Shown: piece after piece, positions 23,978 to 33,303 of the stretch
How the letters are laid out: each line of letters opens with the position of its first letter
Numbering within the stretch: the stretch's first letter is position 1
From: Octopus bimaculoides
Taxonomy: Eukaryota
Assembly: GCF_001194135.2 (NCBI RefSeq)
Contig: NC_068997.1
Coordinates: 31,047,272-31,080,574 of the forward strand
Direction: 5' to 3'
Length of the DNA: 33,303 nucleotides
Translations under genes and position numbers: made by a program
The notes under the pieces: generated by a model
Told to the model about the DNA's origin: nothing
The model's database searches: none
What the model saw: only the letters and a program-made list of their open reading frames with translations

Positions 23978-24709
23978 CTCTTCCCATGGACCGCAAATTA
24001 AATTTGTATACACAAATTAAACCTGTGCCATGGAGGAATGTCATGGCGGACAAAAAACAAGACAGGAAAAAAAACGGAAATACATATATATATAGAGAGA
24101 AAGAGAGACAGACAGAGAGAGATACATGCACATGGATGTACACAGCAGCCTCATATCCATACTGACAAGTAAGTATGCACACACACATACACAAGGCGCA
24201 TAGATTTTCCACTCGCTATTCCTGCCCAGAGTGAACTTTCGACAACCAGTAACCCACCATGCCAAAAAATGGTGAAAAAGTTTAACAAACAAGCAATAAA
24301 TATTTTACAAGCATTCAAATTATTATTAAAATTTACTATAAACGATATTTAATATACATGTTTAACTAAGACATTTTACTTTTCATCTTCTCAAGAAGAA
24401 AAAAAGCAAAAAAGCAATTTATTTATGGTTCACAACATGAAGTGATAGAAAATATATTATCTTACTTCCAAGTGAGCTTCGTCTTTAAATATTACACGTT
24501 TTACAACATCAGTTTTGTTCCATGCCAATCCGAGCCTCATATTTTCGTTGTTGTTCTTTGCTGTAATATAGATTTTACATCAAACAGTCTGTTGTTATTA
24601 AAATGTTCTTTTACTAAATCAAAATAGTTAATAGATTAACATGACTCGTGTGATACTTTGTAAGTCCTACACTTTATTTTTATTATTGTTCATATTATTT
24701 CCCAATACA

Positions 24710-24800
24710 GTAAGCTGGCCAGTCGTTAGTGTAACGGGAAAATGCTTAGCAGTATTTCTTCTAGCTTTATATTCTGAGATTCAGTGTTCATACTGTGTTG
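24710..24800 (+). mobile_element. SINE family A head, truncated
   Basis: gtaagctggccagtcgttagtgtaacgggaaaatgcttagcagtatttc...tctgagattca matches the head of the other copies. Confidence 0.65.
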
Positions 24801-25720
24801 ACAAGGTTGTGAAGAGAATATATGAAGAATATCTATGTTGTTATTAAATAGAAATAAATATGGCATCACCCTACTAACATAAAACAGAAAGGCAAATCAG
24901 ATAAAGTAGTCCTAGATGAAATTATAGGTGTTTTGGAAAAAAAGATATTGTGGTCACAATTAAAAGATCGTGATCATTGGTCTGCACAACTACACATAAC
25001 ATGTTGCCAAATGATAGTAGTTACTTTTGTTGTAGTAGTAGGAGGAGGAGGAGTAATGATTGGATTTGAAGTTTAATACTTGAATTTTAAGTAATTATGT
25101 GTAATAACTCGGTTTAACAAACTTATTCCAGATATTTCAGTCCTCAATATTTATCATAGAAAGGGCAAAAATAGTACAAAATGTCTTCTCTACTTCTATC
25201 AGATCCCACAATCGTTAAATTTTATTCTTTAAGGTTGATCCAAAAATTGATAACGTTAATGGGAGAGTTTAGTCATTATATTCATCGTTGTTAGTCGTGA
25301 ATGTTTTTAAAAGACATGGACGTTTCTTTTTCATTGAATGGTAACTTTGAATCTTGGTTATGTTATAAGTAACCTAAGATAAGATAACAGTATTAATATT
25401 TGAAAGGAGACTGAAAAACGTCCTCACAATGTTAAAGAGTGAATTTGTTTATATTTTGACTCGAATAAATTCAGTTGTAAAATGTATTTATGAAATGATA
25501 TTAGACATGATGAGAACCAATTTGAAATTTTTAGTATTGAAACTTATAGGACCTAATATGATTATATGTTGAAAATCCTAGCTGTTAATTTGTGAGGTAT
25601 CAATGCTTGAAGTCAGTCATTGTTCCAATGTAAGTTGTAGAGCAGTTCGAGCATGTTGTGGTAACTATACACTTATACACAATATTATAACACAGAAAGT
25701 AGTTCTCAAGGAATAGTTAC

Positions 25721-25824
25721 TTAGGATTCTGATGCTGCATAACTTGCTCTATCTGGTCAAATTGGGTGCTGTATATATCCCCACCAATATCGTGACAGAT
25801 GGCTATATCACCAGTCCTGTTGCA
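25721..25824 (-). CDS. Upstream coding exon (104 nt) of the TRPM-like gene
   Basis: Acceptor ccttgttttctag and donor CCTAA|gtaact. Only one frame is open: CNRTGDIAICHDIGGDIYSTQFDQIEQVMQHQNP plus AA, and AA joins the first A of the 16457 exon to make AAA (Lys). Not recognisable as TRPM by sequence alone. Confidence 0.65.
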
Positions 25825-26094
25825 CTAGAAAACAAGGTTTTTGAAGACTGACGTTGGAGATATATTTCCCCAGTAATTGGAGGGGTTGGGGATTGCTGAT
25901 TTAAAAAATGAAATCCATTTTGCTTTATCTTGAAAAGATTTTTCAGAAACTCAAATGTCAATTTTTCAGCATTTCGAGTATTGTCACCCTTGCTATAGAT
26001 AAATTTAAATCAAATTCAGGCCCGTCTATGGAGTGTGACATAACTTTGAAAACCGTTTTTCAATATCATTTAGAGTAAATGCAACTACAAAAGT

Positions 26095-29000
26095 TATTAT
26101 TATCACCATCATCATCATTATTATTCAACCTTTCGTCGTTTCAGGCAAATTTCATCTGCATCACCTGCTGCACCTTTGTGTTACTAGAGTGTGTGCAGCA
26201 TTGTGTGTTTCTTTTTGTTGTTGGGGAAGTAAAAACTTTTCCCGATGTTGCATTCCGTCACTTTGACATCTTATGGTGTCTGGTCGCAGTCTTTTGATGA
26301 ATTAGTGTTTGTATTGTGTCTTATGTGTTTAAAGTGAGTCATCTTTTGTTGGGAAAATTGGCCTGCTGGTCATTGCTTATTTTATTGGATATTTGCTATA
26401 AAGAGTTTGTTTCGGTGTTTGTAAATTTTTTTTTGTTTGTGTTGTATTTTTGAATTGATAATGTATTACGTAGGATATGGGCGGTTCCTGACAGGGATAT
26501 TTTTTGAATTGTGCTGAGTGTTGATATATAGCTTCGTTTTTGTTCATATGTATTTATGTTATACCCAATATTCTAATTATTACTAGTATTGTTTTCACCT
26601 TCCTGCCTCACATCTTGAATACTTTAATTTCGATGTCTTTGTACTTTGACAAATTCTTCACTTCTTTTCAGGAAATATTTTGGTCAGACGGGACTGCAAT
26701 GTTTACAAGTGAGCGGGTCTTATTTTTCATTCCTTGGTTATTATGACTGGGCGTTTAGCTTTTATTTCTTTGTTGGTTTGAACAGACATATTCCAGATGA
26801 TTGTGGGATGGTCGTTGCCTTGCGCCTTGTTTGCCACATGTTTATACCATTTCTTGTCAGTTTTTATGTTATAGTGCTGGCATATTTTCCTGTGGATATA
26901 ATTACTTACTAGGTCGTATCTTGTATATATATTCAGATCTGGCAAGGACTCGACAACCAGAGATGATGTGGTCAACTGTCTCACTGTACTGGTAACACAT
27001 TTTGCATTTGATATTAAGGCATGTTCTCATTATTTTGCTTTTATAGTTGTTTGTGGTCAGGTGTTAGTCTTGTGTAGTGAGAATTAGTCCTTCCGCTTCA
27101 GCTTGTAGTCAAGATATTTTGAGCCCTTGTTGACTTTTACTTAGGCTCACTTCTTTAACAAGTCTTGCCATGGAGTGATTTTTCTCTCCATTTCTCTCCA
27201 GTTCTGCTATCATGTTGTTCTTGTTTCTTTAACCATCCATTTCTAATATGTTGTCGTCTGAGATTGGTGTATCACCGCAGTGTTTTCAGTATTGATTAAT
27301 CTGATTCTTTCAATGTCTCTTTGACACATTTGTCCAGCCACCCAATATCCATACTGAAACTATGGACAATTTTAGAAGGGTTTTCAGTTCCTTTGTATAT
27401 TTAGAGAAACTATTTAAATAATTCATTTGTAGGAGATGGCTTATTTTTTTGTCCATAGTATCTTTAACCCATGGTGGGTTCATTTAACAAGTTTGTTCGC
27501 GGGATCAGAGCAAAGCAGAAAAGCAGGGGTGCCAGTGAGTATCCTTGAGAAATCCCTCTGTTTATAGATATAGGGCAGGTTTCAATGACTTGTGATTCAT
27601 TTTTCAATGTTACACTGATTTTCCAATTTGCCGTTGCAGTTTTGATACATTTTAGTATTGTTGGAGCTACTTTATTTGTGTGGAGAGATTCCAGTATCCA
27701 TAAGTGTAGAACACTGTCGAATGCTGAGGCTTCTCTCTGTCGAATGCTGAGGTTTGTTACTGTCGAATGTTAAGTTTTGTCTTTCTTTTCTTACAGTCCT
27801 CTATGATGGCTCCATTTACCATAATTTGATCCTTACATCAATGCATCTCTCTCTGTCACCTCACTTTATACTTCTGGTAAAACGTTGTTGTTTTCTAGAC
27901 GTATTATAAACCCGTTATGGATTACTGATATGCGGGTTTTGTAGATTGTTGATAGGCATGTTATTGGCATATAATTTTGTGGGAGAACGGTGTCTGCTTT
28001 GAGTGAATTAGGATTGTTTGTCCTTCCAGCGTTCAGATTGCTGTTGATTCTGGCCTGCTTATTAATAAATTAAATGCTGCCGCTCTCTGGATATAAATAG
28101 TGGTAAGGTGTCTATCCCTGAAGGTTTCAATTTGCTGGTTCTCCTCAGTCTGTCCATAATTTATTTCCCTGTGATGGTAGGCAATGTCTGTGGTTCTATT
28201 TTGTTCTTCTTTGCCTTTTCCCTATTTATCAACTGAGCATTTTAGTTGTGTTTTTCTTGTTTCCTTCATATTCTTTCCCAGTATTACTGAATCACTGATG
28301 TTAGTATGTCATCTATTGATACAGTTTTTTTAGTTTAACTGTCTGTAAAATCTGCTCATGTTCTTTTAAATTCTCTATTTTTTTGCAAGAAGCGTTCCCA
28401 CTTTCCGTACTGTTGTATGCAGTACGTTTTTGCTGCTATGTCCAGCTCAGTTTTGTCTTTTACCACCCCGGTTTCTTCCTTAGTTTTTATGTTGTATTGT
28501 TTTGTAAAATAGGTCTTTTTTTTTCTTCATCTTTGATCCCTCTTTCTCTATTTCACTCAATAGGAATAAGTTTTCCCTTTGTTTTTTTAAATTTCATTTA
28601 TTATGCAATTTTTCTGCTTTGGGGTTTTAGATTTGTTTTATCTTCGTAACTGCCAAGTCCAGTTCTCTTCAATATGGCTACAGTTATTGGGTAGATCAGA
28701 TCATTTAGTTTGTTGATATCTAGGGTATCTTTTGATGTAGTCATTATTTCTTTTAGGGCACTGTTGTATCAATTTATCCCTTCACAGAACTGTTTATATT
28801 TTTATAGCCTGGGTAGACGTTTAGGCTGACTCATATTTATTGTTTTTGTGAATTTTTGTTCTTGTTATTTCTTATGTCGATTCATCCCCACCAATAGTTA
28901 TAGCTGGCCTGTAGTGGTATGGGTTAATTTGTTTGTTGTTATTCTGTGTTTTAGCATTTGCCTATCTATGTGTGTAGTTGACATGCTGAGTTGTACTATT

Positions 29001-29250
29001 TATTTCTGGTTTGGGTAGCTGTGTAGAGATTTCACTTTGGTTTAACCTTTTATTTGCCGTATGCATTATTTTTCTATTATTTTGTCTATTTTGATTTGGG
29101 GCATTCTCCCCTCTCCCGGGATATATTGCCGGACATTTGGAAGAGTATTTTCCAAGACGTTTCTCCTTCTGTCAGTATTTTTTCTTTTCGATATTTCATA
29201 TGGTTCTTTATTTATTCCTGTGTGTTTCGGGTATAGGTTTGCAATGTAGA
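26095..29250 (-). mobile_element. Long degenerate R4/Dong-type LINE
   Basis: Minus-strand pieces CLSTIYKT, AFDSVLHLWILE, GISQGYSLAPLLFCFAL, YDLVSNYIHRKICQHYNIKTDKKWY...IIWNMSVQTNKEIKAKRP and SGTAHILRNTLSIQ; 3' UTR and TAA/TGA tail at about 26095-26125. The 5' limit is uncertain. Confidence 0.88.
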
Positions 29251-29787
29251 ATGCATATAGTACCTCGATGTAATCGTTCTCTTTTGGTTTTGTATTTCGC
29301 TCGTGACACTAATAGATTGATCTGTCTGTTTACTCTAAAATGTTTGGTAGAACATCGTCTCTGGACTTGTGCTAAGGCTTATTTCGTATGGCTATGTCAG
29401 AGATCGAAATTCGCCTCTATTTGCTTTCATAGTTTCATTACCGAGTAAATTTGCTTTTTACTCTCTCTTTAAATTGAGACGTTGCATCTTTCAGTTATTA
29501 TTATTTCTCACTTTTAAGTTGTTTAAACACTATGTTCTATGCTGTTTATGCATGAAAGGTTGTACATGTAGGTGTGTGAACTGTATAAATATCAAATTGA
29601 TCTGTATAGATGCAAAAATGAGAATGCGTATATGATTAATATTTGGACTCACATTTTTTATATAGGGGCATTGCATTTTTGCGCATTGCTTAGGTCGTTG
29701 TAGAGGTATATCGCATCTCCACGTGTTGCCTACATTTTTACACACGTGCCTTGCCGTGAGAATACGCTAGGGGTAGCAGAAAAAAAC

Positions 29788-29949
29788 CTGCAGTCGCCGA
29801 AAATAGTCCATCACTCGCCACACCACATTCCGCCGGCCAGAGCCATGGACTACTGTTCTCCTTTCCCTTTTGGCACAAGGAATATTCGTTATTTCTATCG
29901 ATATCACATGATCTACTGGCAAATTAATTGTTCTTAAAGTCTGTATCAT
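29788..29949 (-). CDS. Candidate first coding exon of the TRPM-like gene (speculative)
   Basis: Open frame MIQTLRTINLPVDHVISIEITNIPCAKRERRTVVHGSGRRNVVWRVMDYFRRLQ ends in phase 0 at CAG|gttttt, compatible with the 25824 exon. The donor is weak and no homology was recognised. Confidence 0.25.
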
Positions 29950-30459
29950 CCGAAACAATCATTTATTGAGGACTCATCACTTGATGTTGAAGTGGAGGAG
30001 TTTGGCGTTGTCGAGGACTTGACGACAAGTGGAGGACTTGACGACAAATGCAGAGGACCATAAATTCATGATGTTGAACACAAATGGTGCAGCTAGACAT
30101 GAAGATGAACGCAAAACTGAAGACGAATGCGAGATATGTAAAGTCAAATGAAACTGGCAGAGCTGGAGGCAACGACAGCCGTAATTTCCCTGAAGGACCA
30201 GAAGAATTAGCTTCACATGTACAAATTCTATAGGAAATCGTCTTAGAAATGATGGTGTTACAGCCAAAACTGCAGTTTTCCTACTGTAATGGTGATGAAA
30301 CATCGAACTGAGTTGCATATATTTACATGAAAAATCTAATAACCTAGCAGATTCCTTGTGGCAATGCATATCCAAAATGATGTGTCATTTCCAGCAGCCT
30401 ACAGACAAAAATAAACCCATAAATACATTTTCAGACAAGATACAACTCTAATCAAAATA

Positions 30460-30464
30460 CAAAA

Positions 30465-30496
<32 letters not shown>

Positions 30497-30497
30497 A
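30460..30497. repeat. (AAAG)n microsatellite
   Basis: Direct reading. Confidence 0.95.
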
Positions 30498-30827
30498 ATG
30501 AACAGCAATACCTACAATATCATCTTCATGCTAAATGGAATAAAGAATAAAATTCAGCATTTAGAAATAAAATGAGAAAGTGATGAAGAATGACCATTTC
30601 AGTACTAAGCAACTGTTTCTTTGTTTCTGTGAAGAGTCGAAATTGTCGACTTTCAAGACAAAACAACTGGTTCAAGCCTGCACTTCAGTCAGCCTGAACT
30701 TATTACCCTCTACTATTATATCCTTTCTGTAACAATTAAAATTTAGTAGGTACATTCTTTCCGCTCTGTATACATACATATTCTTCCATATACTCACCAC
30801 CTACAGGTTGGTGTATACATATATGCT

Positions 30828-31040
30828 GTTATTTGTTTCAGTCATTTGACTGCGGCCATGCTGGAGCACCACCTTTAGTCGAAAACATCGACCCCAGGAC
30901 TTATTCTGTGTAAGCCTAGTACTTAGTCTAACAGTCTCTTTTGTCAAACTGCTAAGTTACGGGGACGTTAACACACTAACATCGGTTGTCAAGCGATGGG
31001 AGGGGGGAAAACAGACACACAAACCTACACACACACACAT
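30828..31040 (-). mobile_element. SINE family B, 3' part
   Basis: tttgtttcagtcatttgactgcggccatgctggagcacc...gctaagttacggggacgt...ggttgtcaagcgat followed by (AC)n. I recognise this as the body of an abundant octopus SINE. Confidence 0.8.
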
Positions 31041-31104
31041 CCGTTTGTTGTTTACACAAACGTCTTCATCTTATGTTTTGTTTGTTTTTTTTTGTAAATT
31101 CCAA

Positions 31105-31136
<32 letters not shown>

Positions 31137-31206
31137 NNNNNNNNNNNNNNNNNNATATATTAAATTTAAAGAATGGAGTAAACGCATATTATAACTGCAT
31201 ACTTTT

Positions 31207-31255
31207 ATTCCGACATATGTTTCGAAGAATTACAATTTATGCGATCCATAGGAAT
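31207..31255 (-). ncRNA. Degenerate hammerhead-like motif in an inverted segment abutting the Penelope-like RT
   Basis: ATTCC-tatgga...cttc-GAAAC-ATAT-GTC-GGAAT has a palindromic stem III (ACATATGT), a GUC triplet and a 5-bp stem I; CUGAUGA is not intact. Confidence 0.5.
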
Positions 31256-31259
31256 CGGC

Positions 31260-32928
31260 GATGTTAAAAATGTAAACTTCTCAATCAACACCATTATATT
31301 AAACAAAGCACTTTGGTTTGCTCACTTTGGTTTCCTCTCCAGAGAGGAATTTAAAGTTATTACAGCAAGAAATTCTATAATTAAATTCAATAATAAACTA
31401 TGGATACGTAAGGACACCCCAAAAGGATTTGATGTCCCTATGGGAAGTTCCGACTCAGCACAAATAGCTGATTTGGTCTTCTCACACATTCTTTATGAAT
31501 TAGAAGACCAATTCCCAAATGTTAAGGGTGGTCTATACAGAGACGACTGTTTGCTCTATTTGAATAATACCACAAACCAACAATTACAAAAAGTTAAAAA
31601 TAGACTAGCTAGGTTTTTCAGTAGAATGGGCTTTAGTATAATATTTGAAGACGAAACATCTATAGCCAACTTCCTGGATGTCACTCTAGACCTACACACA
31701 AAAACCTTCTTCACTTATCACAAACCCTCCACTAACCTTAAATACATTAGCAAGTTCAGTAATCATCCAAATTCGGTAACAAGAAATTTAGTTAGGAACA
31801 TTTCACTTAGATTATCCAATTTATCCACTAACGAAAATATTTTCAATAAGGAAGCTGACTTTTATAACTCAGCCTTATTAAAAGCAGGGTATAGAGAAAA
31901 AGTTAGCTATATTTATTCTACTTATGAAACCGATTCCCGTAATGATAATAATAATAATATAGATTTTAATATTAATAGCAACAATAAATATAATTTATCA
32001 TTCTCATCATAAAATTTTTAACGATAATAACCAGCCAAATATTTCTTCACGAAATAGGGGAAATAACCGTCAGTTTAAACCCTTTTTCAACAATAATAAT
32101 AATAATAAACTAAGACTATTTAGAAATAACACTAGCAAATATTCTAAACCAGATTTCAATAAAAATGTCTGGATGATACTACCTTTTAGTAAAAATGTAA
32201 AATCAAACTTGGTCTCCCAGTTCCAAAATGCTGTTAATAAGAATTTTCCAAAACATTCTCATTACTTCCCAGTCATAAATACGCACAGGGTTAGATTCGG
32301 TTTCTCTAACACAAAAAACATCTCACAAATAATATCCGCACACAATATGAGGCTTTTACATCCGCAAGAGAGTACCAACAGTATTTACATTAAGCCAGAC
32401 TTTATTAACCTTTACCATAATAGCAATAATAACAGTAATAATAAACCAAGGAACAATAATTATAACATGATTTATAATAGTAATAGTCATAACAACAAAA
32501 TCATTATTTCTGATGTTAATAGCAAAAGAATTAGGTTTTTAAGTGATAATGCAAAACTCAAAAACACTATATATCAATGCCAAGTCAGTACTCCTACAGG
32601 TGTTTCTTCTTATATTGGATCTTCCTCTTCACCAATATCCTCAAGAATTTCTAATCATTTTTCTTCCTTTAGAGACAGAAACAAACGAAATACCACGAGC
32701 CTTAGTAAATTAATTTGGGAACTTAAAGACAATAACATAAAATTTAAACTAGAATGATTTATTCTTTCTATTTCTAGGCCATATGAAAAGGGTGGAAGGT
32801 TCTGTTTCTTATGTAATTCCGAAATGTTCTTCATTTTATTTTCAAAGACTAAACTGGTAAACACGTTCATTGAAAACTCTTACAGATGTAAACATTGGCA
32901 GCAATACGTGTTTACAGCGTTTAAATAA
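31260..32928 (+). mobile_element. Penelope-like element (Naiad-type), RT plus C-terminal GIY-YIG, 5'-truncated, with one frameshift and one in-frame TGA
   Basis: RT motifs DVKN..SI, FDVPMGSSDSAQIADLV, GLYRDD, NFLDVTLDL, YHKP and SNHP. Frameshift at about 32010, linker WMILPFSKNVKSN, endonuclease IYQC...YIGS...RISNHFSSF, TGA at 32755-32757, then FCFLC...YRCKH to TAA at 32926-32928. Confidence 0.92.
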
Positions 32929-33303
32929 TATTCACTTATTTACAAAACGCTATCAAATTAACTCGTAATACATGAGTTCCTCAAATAGTTCTAGAAAAAC
33001 ATGACATTCACTCCCTCATATGTTAAAAGATATCATAGATTGATTACGATTGACATATTTTATCTAAATATTCTTTATTTGTAAACCTAAATTAGAACTC
33101 ATATAAAATCTTTAAACACAAAATAGCGCATCATTTTTAGTTTAATTCATAGTAAAATTTACCTACATCAATTGCCTAATATACAATGCCCTATTAACCT
33201 TACTTTTTCTTTTTCTTTTTCTTTTTCATATTTCATTGTACCTCAATATCATTCATTTACGACATCCAATTTATTCACCAATTTGTTTAGCAATGATAAG
33301 AGT

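Noticed and set aside
23305-24292. Cluster of 60-120 aa ORFs
   Set aside because: Derived from TA/CA microsatellite-rich repeat sequence (YI/HT/VC runs).
27714-27774. Three ctgtcgaatgctgagg-like repeats with 7-bp spacers, CRISPR-like in appearance
   Set aside because: Units are too short, the context is eukaryotic with no cas genes, and the repeats are a local triplication inside the LINE RT AFDS motif.
29935-29985. Minus-strand GTGATGAGTCC...GGATGATAC, hammerhead-like
   Set aside because: Two invariant core positions are wrong and no stem I or III is evident.

Overview
AT-rich eukaryotic DNA with scaffold gaps (8281-8290, 13992-14602, 31137-31154). The SINE, LINE and microsatellite content suggests a coleoid cephalopod, most likely Octopus (inference from recognised repeat types). 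Most of the window is intronic sequence of one minus-strand host gene. Two phase-compatible coding exons (25721-25824 and 16373-16457) splice into ...QNPKNTGDEEALNPCDAFGEVKFVEHDQKIAK, which matches the N-terminal D-A-F-G-E-x-x-F...A-K motif of TRPM channels; the ORF track misses both exons. The introns are filled with decayed mobile elements: a mariner 5' end, two Tx1/L1-like LINEs, five R4/Dong-type (RLE) LINE relics mostly next to (TAA)n tracts, RTE fragments, a deleted Gypsy element, tRNA-derived SINEs and several Penelope-like (Naiad-type) elements. One Penelope-like element (31260-32928) is nearly intact across RT and GIY-YIG, and two degenerate hammerhead-like motifs are present. I see no convincing new multi-gene system. 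The best leads are the TRPM exons, the Naiad-type elements (Asn-rich linker, in-frame UGA, ribozyme relics) and the R4/Dong clustering at TAA repeats. Repeat boundaries were read by eye and are approximate.
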